Assembly: GCF_009914755.1 (NCBI RefSeq) | Contig: NC_060934.1 | From: the human T2T-CHM13v2.0 reference genome, Homo sapiens | DNA length: 64,000 bases | Direction: 5' to 3' (one strand) | In this document: one piece after another, positions 39,906 to 54,282 of the stretch | Position numbering within the stretch: position 1 is the stretch's first letter | Layout of the letters: each line of letters opens with the position of its first letter | The notes under the pieces: generated by a model | Seen by the model: the letters and a program-made list of their open reading frames with translations, nothing else | The model's database searches: none | Told to the model about the DNA's origin: nothing | Translations under genes and position numbers: made by a program

Positions 39906-41106
39906 AGACTGACATTTTTCAACTGTCATTTCCTCTGCTGCAAAATAGAAATTGCAGAAATATGTGTCTGGATTTCCGTGGAGGTGTATGGTGAGAAAAC
40001 AAACTGGATCAAGGTACTACTGAAATGCTTTTAAAACAGTAAAATAGAATATAATATAAAAGATGAATATTACCTTTGATTATCTTTCTAAGCTCTTACC
40101 TTAAATGCTAAGCTTAATATGTTTGAAATAAAGTATTATGTTTCATGCAGATTATATATTTTTTAGTGGCAGGGATATGTAAATATATGTTATGTATATA
40201 TAGTTATACATATATATACACATAACGTATATGTTATATATTTTAATCTATCTTTTCCTTGTGCTTGGCAAAGTGCCTGACACATAGTAGAAGATTATAA
40301 ATGCTGCTGAATAAATTATTAGAGCTATCCTTTTTTAGCTCTATAAGGCTTTTCCTGTTTTGATTAATAATATTGCTTCCCTCAAAACTCTGTTTTGGAG
40401 AATGTTTAAAAGCTCTTCTGTGCCTCAGCAACCCTTAAGAGTTCATTGGCTGTTTCCTGATCAATAGGGTACAGGTAGAATATGACCCGTTGAGTGGCTG
40501 ATTGGTTCTCACTGCTTATGTAAGTCACTGGCTGATTGTTTCTCCCACTGATATTTCGGTGTGCCACAAACGTGATATCTGAAAGATGTTTAAATACCTA
40601 AGAACTACATGTGATTTTCACGCTTTATAAGCATTAAAAAATTTAAAAGGTAAAATATTTAGAAGTTATGATTCCTGCTACATAAAAGCCTATACTTTGA
40701 TGCTAGACAGAACACATACACACACGATAATGATAAGCAATGTGCTGTCATATTTAAATGAGTCATCACAGAAGATTGTGATTAGATTCAGCTGATTAGG
40801 TTAACAAATGTGATTAGAATCTGGAAAGGATTCATCAAAGAAATCACCTGAGGAAATGTTAACTTTGAATGAGAGACCGAGGGTCACAGACAATCCAGGG
40901 AATCCTGGGCCAGGGACACAGAAGAATAGTGCGGATAAAGAGGTTGGCTAGATCCACATGAATGGGCATGGAAGGTATGTCCAACATTGGGTGTAATTAA
41001 CAGAGGCAACTGGTTGAATCTGAGTTCTGGATGACAGCTTTGAATCTGATAAAATAGCAGAGTAGCATGGGTATGAGTAGCAGTAAAGGCATGATAAAAA
41101 TGTTTA

Positions 41107-41174
41107 CATTCTGAGGTATTGGGGGTTGGAACTTCAACATGTGAATTTTGGAAGGCACAATTCAGCCCATAACA
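41107..41174 (-). mobile_element. MLT1 LTR terminal fragment
   Basis: cattctgaggtattgggggttggaacttcaacatgtgaattttgg...cacaattcagcccataaca. Confidence 0.65.
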
Positions 41175-41644
41175 AACTTTATAGAAATAGAATAATTCAG
41201 TCTGTATGTCCTTGTGTCTGACTTTTTACATCAGCATTTTGTCTTTAGAATTTTTCTAAGTTGTTTCATGTATCTCAAGTTTATTAATTTTCATTCCTAT
41301 ACAGTATTTCATTGTATGAGCATATAAAAATTTCTTTATATTACTGTTGATACACATGTGGGTTATTTCTAGCTTTTGGCTGTTGGGAACAATGACGCTA
41401 TAAAAATAATTATGCATTTACCCTGGTACACATGCACGTACACACATATACACATTTTTAATTTAAGTACAATCAAATTTGCCCTTCTTTCCCTTTATGG
41501 TTAATGCTTTTCATAGCTTATGTAAAAAAATTCTTCCCTTTCTTAAAATTATTAAGATTTTCTTCTATGTTATTAAAAACTTTATAATTTGGCCTTTTAT
41601 ATTTGGCCTATAATACATCTGAAGGTGATTTTTGTGTATGGTAG

Positions 41645-41957
<313 letters not shown>

Positions 41958-42223
41958 CATTTCATTTTTTATAATGATACATATTTAATAATTTTCCCAG
42001 CACTATTCATTGAAGAGACTATGCTGCCATTTTCATAAATCAAGAATCCACATATTCTGTTCTGTCACTGTGTCTATCACCTATTACTTAGTTTTATAAC
42101 AAGTCTTGATTTCTGGTAGAGTAAAACTTTCTTTCTTCTTTTCCTCTTCCTTTTTCTCCTCCTCCTCCTATTACTTGTCTTTGCATTTTCAAATACATTT
42201 TGGAGTCAGCTTGTCAAATATTA

Positions 42224-42545
<322 letters not shown>

Positions 42546-42822
42546 AAGGAAAAGAAAAAAAGCCTGTTAGGGTTTTGATTGAAGTTGCACCGAATCTACT
42601 GGTAAGTTTGGAGAGAATTAACAATCTATAATAAGAATTGAGAATTTATAGTATTGAGTCTTCCAATCAATGGACTTGGTATATCCCTTCGTTTATTCAT
42701 TTTCTCAAATGCCTCTCAATAAAGTGTTATAGTTTTTTGGAGAATTTTTGCATGTAATGTCTTAGCTTAATGGGTACATAATTTTTTGACATTATAAATG
42801 ACAGTTTAAAAATTTCATTTTT

Positions 42823-43096
42823 GGCCAGGCTCACGCCTGTAATCTCAACATTTTGAGAAGCTGAGGTAGGCAGATTGCTTAAGTCCAGGAGTTAGAGACC
42901 AGCCTGGGCAAAAACCTCATCTCTACAAAAATTAGCTGGGTGTGGTGGCATGTGCCTGCAGTCCCAGCTACTCAGGAGGCTGAGGGAGAAACACGGATTG
43001 ATCCCAGGAAGTCAAGGCTGCAGTGAGCCATGATGGTGCCACTGTACTCAATCCTGGGCAACAGAGCAGACCCTGTCTCAAAAACAAAACAAAACA
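42823..43096 (+). mobile_element. AluJ
   Basis: Sense J-type dimer with (CAAAA)n tail. Confidence 0.85.
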
Positions 43097-43375
43097 GGCC
43101 GGGTGTGGTGGCTCATGCCTGTAATCCTAGCACTTTGGGAGGCCAAGGCAGGTGGATCACGAGGTCAGGAGTTTGAGACCAGCCTGGCCAAGATGGTGAA
43201 ACACCATCTCTACTAAAAATACAAAAATTAGCTGGTGGGTGCCTGTAATCCCAGCTACTCAGGAGGCTGAGGCAGGAGAATCGCTTGAGGCGGAGGTTGC
43301 AGTGAGCTAAGATTGCGCCATTGCATTCTAGTATGGGCGACAGAGCAAGATTCCATCTCAAAAACAAAACAAAAC
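43097..43375 (+). mobile_element. AluSg-like, inserted in the tail of the preceding Alu
   Basis: ggatcacgaggtcaggagttt; aaaacaaaacaaaaca on both sides. Confidence 0.88.
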
Positions 43376-45191
43376 ATTGTTTTCAACAAAAAAATTAAAA
43401 AAAACAAAAAATAAATTATAGAACTGGCCACTGAAAAAATAACAGCAAAAAATGAAAACATTTTTTTGCTTGCTGCTGCTGATATAAAAATACAACGTAG
43501 AAACATACTTTTGTTTTTAGTATAAAGGTTTAATGCTATTTAAAAAGGAAGATCCATGAAATTAACTTAAAGTTCTTAACCTATGGAAATGGCTGATGTA
43601 AATTATTTTACAACACCTCTTTGTAAATGTCACAATTGTTTGGTTATTGGCAAAAGAGTTTCAAGGTTCACTTCCCTCCCTTGAGCCAGGTAATTTTGCT
43701 TTGGGTTAAATTAAAATCAAAACTCTAAAAGTTGAGCAACTTTGTTTTTTGAATTGACTTAGCTCTAACTCACTATTATATCTTAAGGATGGCATGATTT
43801 GATAATGATGGACTTGTGTGAGGTTTTAATTTTTAATTTATCTTTCTATCATATGAGGTAATTTTCAGTGTTCTTGAGTCTGGTTATGGTATTAGGCAGA
43901 TAGAACCCTGGAGTAACAAGGGTTGGAAATTGGCTAATTGACAATGCAGTTGCCTTAAACATCTCAAGTAGAGAACTTTTACATTAGTGAGATGTAACTG
44001 AATTTCAGAACTTAACAGAAAATTTTTTATTGTGAATTGCACTGAATGCTAAATGTCCACCTTTACAATAAACAAATATAGTAATGGTAACTCACACTGA
44101 AACAAAACATACTTCTGATAGCCATTATTTTTCTATTTGGGACAGTTTTAAAGTTTTTCTTTCGTCACAAAAACAAGAATATACTTATACAAAGGCTCAG
44201 AATAGGCCATCTTTTTAAACAAAAAGGCAATGATTCACAAAGACTATGAATAAAGCATGTAACTAGTTGATACAAATCTGATAGGATTTGTTAAAATTAG
44301 TCATATCTAATACATCTGGAGTGTACTTGTATAAAATGTCATGGGAAGAAAAGAAGACTTTATCAATGTCTAAAAAAGTGGGTTTGTTCATAGAAAATCT
44401 GACAAGTTATCATAAAAAGTGTTCCCTGAGATATAAGGAAATGCAACATTATCTTCTTGAACTCTTTTAGTTAATGACTTTCCACTTAATAAAATAGCAG
44501 AGGATCTGAGACTGAGAAAATATATTTGAGTAAAAACAGGTTGTGAAACTTAATACTATTTTTCCCCATCATCAGAAGGTTTTACTGAACTTAAAACCAA
44601 CTTGCCCACTCAGTATGCCGTTCAGATGTGAAAGACAGTTCTCTCTACAGGAGTCTGTGCTGTCTCCAATCCTATGCATGCAGACGTCTAACACAGGCAA
44701 ACAATTTTGTCTCCATTTTGTAGTAATGTAATGTTCCTATTAGCAAAAAGAGATAATCAGCCTCTGTAGCCTGAAGGGACTAGAGTCTTAAAATGGGGAT
44801 TTCCTCCTAACATTTTTTATTTTGATGTTTGAAACTCTTGATGTAACATTTTAGAGCGGAATGTTCAGGACCTGCTGTGCCCAAAGGACTGATAAAGGAA
44901 AAATCTCTATTCTTTATGGTTTGATGCACAGATGAAAAACTTAACATACAATAACAGCAGCTGGTCATTAACAAATAACATCATAGTCTTTCAGCTCTTC
45001 TGTAAGCAGAGGACATCTTCAACTTTCCAGCTAGTTTTAACACTGCAACATTAATGATGCATATATCCAGAATCAGTTTAAAAAGACCATCAAATTCCTT
45101 TTCTCTTCATTAATTTTTTACTGTCTGTTGGTCTCAAGTTTATTTGAATGATTATCTTTCGGCATTCTCTGGAATTGCTTGTTGAGGTGTT

Positions 45192-45475
45192 ATTTAATTT
45201 TTTTTGAGACAGAGTCTCCCTCTGTAGCCCAGGCTGGAGTGCAGTGGCGCTATCTGCAACCTCCGCCTCCCAAGTTCAAGCGATTCTCGTGCCTTGGCCT
45301 CCCGAGTACCTGGGACTACAGGCGCCCGCTACCACACCCGGCTAATTTTTGTATGTTTTTGGTAGAGATAGGGTTTTGCCATGTTGTTCAGGCTGGTCTC
45401 GAACTCTTTCCTCAGTGATCTGCCTGCCTCAGCCTCCCAAAGTGCTGGAATTAGAGGGGTGAGCCACCGCCTGGC
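45192..45475 (-). mobile_element. AluS inserted at the last codons of the CTBP2 pseudogene
   Basis: TSD ct(t/c)gttg(a/g)ggtgtt at 45178-45191 and 45476-45489. Confidence 0.92.
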
Positions 45476-45747
45476 CTCGTTGGGGTGTTCTTGATTGTCC
45501 CCATGTTTTATGGGCTGGTTGGGAGAGGGAGCTTGGGAAGGGTGTGCCGCGGTGGGGAGATTGTGAATCACTGGAATGCCTCCAGGGATGATCCCTCCCA
45601 TGGCGGCAGGAAGTCCTCCTGGAGCCAGATCCACCGTGTTTGGCCGATATCTGCATGCACACCATTGAGCTCGAGATAAATTGCTTGCTGGTTTATTACT
45701 GACCAAGGAGCTCATGTGACAAAGAATTCCTTGTTCACAGTTTTCTT

Positions 45748-46033
45748 TCTTTTTTCTCTCTCTTTTTTTTTTTTTTTTTTTTGTTTTAGTGGTGCAATCT
45801 CAGCTCACTGCAACCTCCGCCTACCAGATTCAAACGATTCTTGTGCCTCAGCCTCCGGAGTAGCTGGGATTACCAGAACACACCAACATGCCCAGCTAAT
45901 TTTTGTATATTTTGTAAAGACGGGGTTTCACCATGTTGGCCAGCCTGGTCTGGAACTCCTGAGCTCAAGTAATCTACCCATTTTGGCCTCCCGAAGTGTT
46001 GGGATTACTGGGCTGTGCCATGACGCCCAACCC
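45748..46033 (-). mobile_element. Alu (old S/J) inserted in the CTBP2 pseudogene CDS
   Basis: TSD-like ttcaca(ca)gttt on both sides. Confidence 0.88.
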
Positions 46034-46049
46034 TTCACACAGTTTCTTA

Positions 46050-46199
<150 letters not shown>

Positions 46200-46323
46200 C
46201 TATTCATATACTTGGAGGGCTGCCTCTCCTTTCCTGCCCTCCTTGAGGGCCCTGAGCTAAGGCTTTCTTATCCAACAGGATGCCCCAGGCTACATTTGCA
46301 AGGAATGCCTCTTGCCTCATCTA

Positions 46324-46763
<440 letters not shown>

Positions 46764-47629
46764 TCATAGTCGTAGCTGCTGCCTATCTGCACGGTCACTC
46801 TCAGGGCTTTTAACCTCTCCAAGTCCTCCCTGTTGAGGGTGGTGGTGTGGTGCCTCATGGTGCCTACCGCTTCGTTTAAACCTACTCTTGGATCTCCTGT
46901 GTGGACTGCGTGTCACAGAAGGCCACGGTGGCTAAGTTTTTCAGGATAGTCATCTCCACGGTGCAGTGGCCTCAGTCCAGCAGTGCCACTGGGGGCTGGG
47001 GGGTGCTGGGGTGCAAAGGGCCTGTTCACGGTCTGAAAGCGGATACCTTCACCCTTCACAAATTCTGTTCAATCACTGTCTCTTGACTTTGTGCTTATCC
47101 ATAGGGCCATTATTTATTGAACTTTGCAACTCAGATTCAAAAGTTAAAGCAAACCTCTGAGAGCTTAGGGAAACTTGGCTGAAACTGCATGCCTGATGGC
47201 ACAATGAACCCAATGTAAATCTGTCCACGAATGCTGTAGGTCACATGATGGGTGGTCCGTCTTTTTAAGTAAATACAGCTTCATTGGTTCAAAACCTGTT
47301 TCCTTGCAACTCTGCTACCATTGCATAATCAGCAGACCTCCTTGAGAGTCCACTAGAGGGGTCAGGAACACCATGACTCCAGGTCTTTAGCACCCCAAAT
47401 CTGCGATCACTAGGAGTGGAGGCGGCTCATACACAGTCCTGCCAGGTACTTGCTGCTTCTCTAAGCCTTGGTCGCAGGCTAGGGGTCCACCCCAATATCT
47501 TGTGGTCTTGTGGCTTCTCCTCTGCCAGGCCCTGCAGACGTGTGGGGCGCCAGCGACCTCGCTGGTGTGAGGCCCTGCTGGGTCAGACCCCCACCTTGGC
47601 CCGAGCTGGCCCACCTAGCACCTACTTTC

Positions 47630-48708
<1,079 letters not shown>

Positions 48709-49579
48709 AAGTTTGTTACACAGGTAAATGTGTGCTGTGGTTATTTGCAGCACAGATCAACCCATCACCCTGTTGTTAAGTACCCACTAGCTATTCTTCC
48801 AGATGCTCTCCCTCCTCCTTGTGCCCCCTCCCAACAGGCCTCACTGTGTGTTGTTCCCCTGCAATGTGTTCATGTGTTCTCATTGTTCAGCTTCCATTTA
48901 TAAGTGAGAAATGTGGTGTTTGGTTTTCTGTTCTTGCATTAGTTTGCTGAGGATAACGGCTTCCAGCTCCATCCATGTCCCTGCAAAGGACATGATCTCA
49001 TTCCTTTTTATGGTTGCATAGTATTCCATGGTGTATTTGTGCCACATTTTCCTTATCCAGCCTATCATTGATGGGCATTTGGGTTGATTCCATATCTTTG
49101 CTATTGTGAATAGTGATGCAATGAACATACATGTGCATGTATTTTTATAATAGAATGATTTATGTTCCTTTGGGTAAATACTCAGTACTGGGATTGCTGG
49201 GTCAAATGGTATTTCTGGCACTAGGTCTTTGAGGAATCACCACACTGTCTTCCACAGTGGTTGAACTAACTTATACTTCCACCAACAGTATAAAAGCATT
49301 CCTTTTCTCCACAATCTTGCCAGCAATTGTTGTTTCTTGACTTTTTAATAATCACCATTCTGACTGGAGTGAGATGGTGTCTCATTGTGGTTTTGATTTG
49401 TGTTTCTCTAATAATCAGGAATGTTGGACTTTTTTTCATATATTTGTTGGCCTCATGAATGTCTTCATTTGAGAAGTGTCTGTTCATGTCTTTTGCCGAC
49501 TTTTTAATGGGTTTTTTTTTTTCTTGTAATTTTGTTTGAGTTCCATGTAGGCTCTGGATATCAGACCTTTGTCAGATGG
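48709..49579 (-). mobile_element. L1PA/PB 3' portion (host of the HERV-L)
   Basis: ORF2p C-terminal fragments 48898-49221 and 49266-49487. Confidence 0.85.
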
Positions 49580-50049
49580 TGTGATGGTTAATCACAATCC
49601 AATCAAGTTGACACTCCCTATTCTGATACTCAGACACAATCCAATCTTGACCGTATTGAAGGATGCAAAATATTGATCCTAGGTATGTCTATGAGGGTGT
49701 TGCCAAAGGAGATTAACATTTGGGTCAGTGGGCTGGGAAAGGCAGACCCACCCTTAATCCGGGTGGGCACCATCTAATAAGCTCTCAGTGAGGCCAGAAT
49801 GTAAAGCAGGAAAAAAAATGTGAAAAGGCTTAGCCTCCTAGCCTACATCTTTCTCCTGTGCTGGATGCCTCCTGCCCTCGAACATTGAACTCCATGTTTT
49901 TCAGCTTTGAGACTTGGACTGGCTTCCTTGCTCCTCAGTTTGCAGATGGCCTATTGTGGGACCTTGTGATCGTGTGTGTTAATACTACTTAATAAACTCC
50001 ATTTATATATATATTAGTTCTGTCCCTCTAGAGAGCCCTGACTGATACA
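49580..50049 (+). mobile_element. MLT2A-type 5' LTR of HERV-L
   Basis: tgtgatggttaat start, gagggtgttgccaaaggagattaacatttg, AATAAA at 49991, end ccctgactgataca. Confidence 0.9.
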
Positions 50050-50182
50050 GATTTTGGTACCAGGAGTGGTTCTAGATGAACAGAATATTAAGCATGGAGT
50101 TCTTTCATTGGTTTTGGGGTTTGTGGAGTTGACTGCTAATATGATTTGACCCAAAAATGCTAACGACTCTACTTCTAATAGT

Positions 50183-51720
50183 ATGGAGAACACCGATAGT
50201 CCTTGGTGTGAACTGTTTAGAGGGTTATGCAAAATAGATGCATTTGACAGTCCTGATTCACTGCTTGTGAGATGCAAGGAGTTTAGTGACTCTATACATA
50301 ATACTTTTGACTACATGTGGAGAACCAAGGAAGATAATGAAGTTGGTTGGTTGCTCCTAAGTTCACTGGATAAAGTGATGAAACAAAATGATGAACTCAG
50401 GGATTCTAACTCCCAGCTTCAGAAGTGGATACTGAGCCTCAAATCTGCTAAGATTGCCCTGAGTGGGAATCTTATCTCCTGTAGAGAAAGAGCTGAAATT
50501 GTGGGAAAAAAGACACAAGCTCTTATACAAGTGGCTAACCTGCAATGAAAGGTGAATGAACAGCCTTGCCAGGGGTTTACTGTTAAAGTGAGGGCATTGA
50601 TTGGAAAAGAATGGGACCCTGCAATTTGGAATGGGGATGTGTGGGAGGACCCTGATGAAGCTGGGGACACTAAGCTTGTAAACTCTGATAAGTCTTTTTT
50701 GCCAGAAGAAACAGCTTCTGTTCCCAGTAGTGGCAACATCCGCTCTGTGACCCATGCTGCCATCAGCCTTTCCTCCTTTGTCTGAGTAGATAAACCCTGT
50801 GCTGTCTGAGGCAAGATAATGTTGATTCTCCTCAGTAGCCACCCCCAACACTCCTGTTTGCTTCAAGACCTATAACTAGACTAAAGTTCTGGTGGGCCCC
50901 TAGAAGTCAGGTTCAGAGTGTGGCCCATGAGGAGGTGTGTTACAATAGAAAAGAACTGCTTGACTTTTCAAATTTATATAAGCAGAAATCTGGAGAACAG
51001 TCATGGGAATGGATATTAAGGGTGTAGGATAATGGTGAAAGAAACATAGAGTTGGATCAGGCTGAATTTATTGATTTGGGCCCACTAAATAGAGATTCTG
51101 ATTTTAATGTTGCAGCTCAGGAAGTTAAAAAAGGTTTTAATAGTTTACTTGCTTGGTTAGCTGAAACATGGATTAAAAGATGGCCCATTGTGAGCAAGCT
51201 GGACATGCCTGATCTTCCTTGCTTTAATGTAAAGGAAGGGATCCACAGGCTTAGGGAGATTGGGATGGTGGAGTGGATTAGTTACTTTAGACATACTCAT
51301 CCCAGCTGGGAGGGTGCAGAAAATATACCCTTGACCAGTGCTTTGTGAAATAGATTTGTGAGGGCAGCACCTGCCTCTTTGAAGAGCCCTGTAATTGCTA
51401 TTCTCTGTATGTCATATCTAACAGTGAGAATCACAGTCACTCAACTACAAAAGTTAAATACAATGGGAATAATTGGATTCTGAGGTGGCAGGGGCTAAGT
51501 TGTGGCACTCGAGCATCAAAGGCAAGGTGGGTGTAGTTACTGTAATGGACAGCAGAAGCAAAACAGCAATCAGAATAATCTGACTCATGTAGCACTCTGG
51601 CACTGGCTAATTAATCATGGTTCCTAGATGTGAAATTGATAGGAAGCCTTCTCCATTCCTGCTTAATTTATATAAGCAGAAAACTTCCAGGTCAAATGGA
51701 CAAAAGACTAATTTGAATTA
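50183..51720 (+). pseudogene. HERV-L gag remnant
   Basis: MENTDSPWCELFRGLCKI..., RALIGKEWDPAIWNGDVWED, DQAEFIDLGPLNRDS fragments, interrupted by stops. Confidence 0.8.
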
Positions 51721-51859
51721 TGAAACAGAGAATCATGGCGCCTCAATCAACTTCCAGACTTGAGCCAGTTTACAGACCCAGAACCCCTTGAATGAAGGGA
51801 AGCCTGGGTCTTCTTGAGGAAGGGCCCCACTTCACTATCAACAATTTATGCTATTGATC

Positions 51860-54282
51860 TTTCTCCCATCCTTCCCCAAGGAGACCTCCAGCCTTTTACT
51901 AGAGTAACTGTCCACTGGGGAAAGGGAAATGATCAGACATTTCAGGGACTACTGGACACTGGCTCTGAGTCGACATTGATTCCAGGGGACCCAAAATATC
52001 ATTGTGGTCCTCCAGTTAAAGTAGGGGCTTATGGAGGTCAGGTAATTAGTGGAGTTTTAGCTCAGGTCTGACTTACAGTGGTTCCCTGGACTCATCCCAT
52101 GGTCATTTCCCCAGTGCCAGAATGCATAATTGGCATAGACATACTTAGCAGCCTGCAGAACCCCCACATAGGCTCCCTGACTGGTAGGTTGAGGGCTATT
52201 ATGGTGGGAAAGGCCAAATGGAAGCCATTAGAGCTGCCTCTACCTAGAAAAATAGTAAATAAAAACCAACATCACTTCCCTAGAGGGATTGCAGAGATCA
52301 GTGCCACCACCAAGGACCTGAAAGACCCAGTGGTGGTGATTCCTACCACGTCCCCATTCAACTCTCCTATTTGGCCTGTGCAGAAGACAGATGGATCTTA
52401 AAGAATGACAGTGGATTATCTTAAGCTTAGCCAAGTGGTGACTCTAATTGCATCTCCTGTACCAGATGTGGTTTCATTGCTTGAGCAAATTAACACATCT
52501 CGTGGTACCTTGTATGCAGCCATTGACTTGGCAAATGCTCTTTTCTCCCTTCCTGTTCATAAGGCCCACCAGAAGCAATTTGCCTTCAGCTGGCAAAGCC
52601 AGCAATATACCTTTACTGTCCTATCTCAGGGGTGTATCAACTCTCTGGCTTTGTGCCATAGTCTTATTAGAAGAGATCTTGATAGCTTTTTGCTTCCACA
52701 GATATCACACTGGTCCATTACATTGATGACATTATGTTAATTGGATCCAATGAGTAAGAAGTAGCAAACACACTGGACTTATTGGTGAGACATTTGTGTG
52801 CCAGAGGATGGGAAATAAATCTGACTAAAATTCAGGGATCTACTGCCTCTGTAAAATTTCAAGGGGTCCAGTGGTGTGCGGCCTATTGAGATATTCCTTC
52901 TAAAGTGAAGGGTGAGTTGCTGCATTTAGCCCCTCCTACAACCAAGAAAGAGACACAACGCCTAGTGGGCCTATTTGGATTTTGGAGGCAACACATTCCT
53001 CATTTGGGTGTGTTACTCCAGCCCATTTATTGAGTGACCTGAAAGGCTGCCAGTTTTGAGTGGTGTCCAGAACAGGAGAAGGCTCTGTAACAGGTCTAGG
53101 CTGCTGTGCAAGCTGCTCTGCCACTTGGGCCATATGACCCAGTGGATCCAATGGTGCTTGAGGTGTCAGTGGCAGATAGGGATGCTGTTTGGAGCCTTTG
53201 GTAGGCTCCTATAGGTGAATAACAGCAGAGGCCTCTAGGATTTTGGAGCAAGGTCCTGCCATCTTCTGTAGACAATTACTCTCCTTTTGAGAGACAGCTC
53301 TTGGACTGTTACTCGGCTTTGGTGGAAACTGAACGTTTGACTATGGGTCATCAAGTCAACATGAATGTGACCTGAACTACCTATCATGAACTGGGTGCTT
53401 TCTGACCAATCTAGCCTTAAAGTGGGTCATGCACAGCAGCATTCCATCATCAAATAAAAGTGGTATATATGTGACCAGGCTCAAGAAGTTCCTGAAGGCA
53501 CAAGTAAGTTACACGAGGAAGTAGCTCAAAGGCCCATGGGTCTCCACTCCTGCCACCCTGCCTTCTTTCCTCCAGCCTGCACTGATGGCCTCATGGGGAG
53601 TTCTCTATGATCAGTTGATAGAGGAAGAGAAGAGTAGGGCCTGGTTTACAGATGATTCTGCACGATATGCAGGCACCACCCAAAAGTGTACAGCTGCAGC
53701 ACTATAGCCCCTTTCTAGGACATCCCTGAAGGACAATGGTGAAGGGAAATCTTCCCAGTGGGTAGAAGTTTGAGCAGTGCACCTGGTTGTGCACCTTACT
53801 TGGAAGGAAAAATGGCCAGATGTGCAATTATATACTGATTCACGGGCTGTAGCCAATGGTTTGGCTGGGTGGTCAGGGAGGAAGCATGATTGAAAAATTG
53901 GTGACAAAGAAGTTTGGGGAAGAGGTATGTGGATGTGCCTCTCTTAGTGGTGAAAAACTGTGAAGATATTTGTATTCCATGTGAGCGCTCACCAATGGGT
54001 GACATCAGCAGAGGAGGAGTTTAATAATCAATTAAATAGGGTGACCCGTTCTGTGGATACCACTCAGCCTCTTTCCCCAGCCACACCTGTCATCACCCCA
54101 TGAGCCCATAAACAAAGTGGCCATGGTGGCAGGGATGGAGATTAGCTGAGTGCCCAATTTGCCAGCACCAGAGACCAACACTGAGCCCTTGATATGGCAC
54201 CATTCCTCGGGGTGATCAGCCAGCTACCTGGTGACTGGTTGATTATATCAGACCTCTTCCATCATGAAAAGGGCAGAGGTTT
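51860..54282 (+). pseudogene. HERV-L pro-pol remnant
   Basis: [39 protein letters not shown], cattacattgatgacattatg (HYIDDIM, ~52716), RNase H and integrase N-terminal part. Confidence 0.85.

Noticed and set aside
50183-54282. HERV-L gag/pol as a domesticated gene
   Set aside because: Many stops and frameshifts; the longest sense fragment is about 121 aa.
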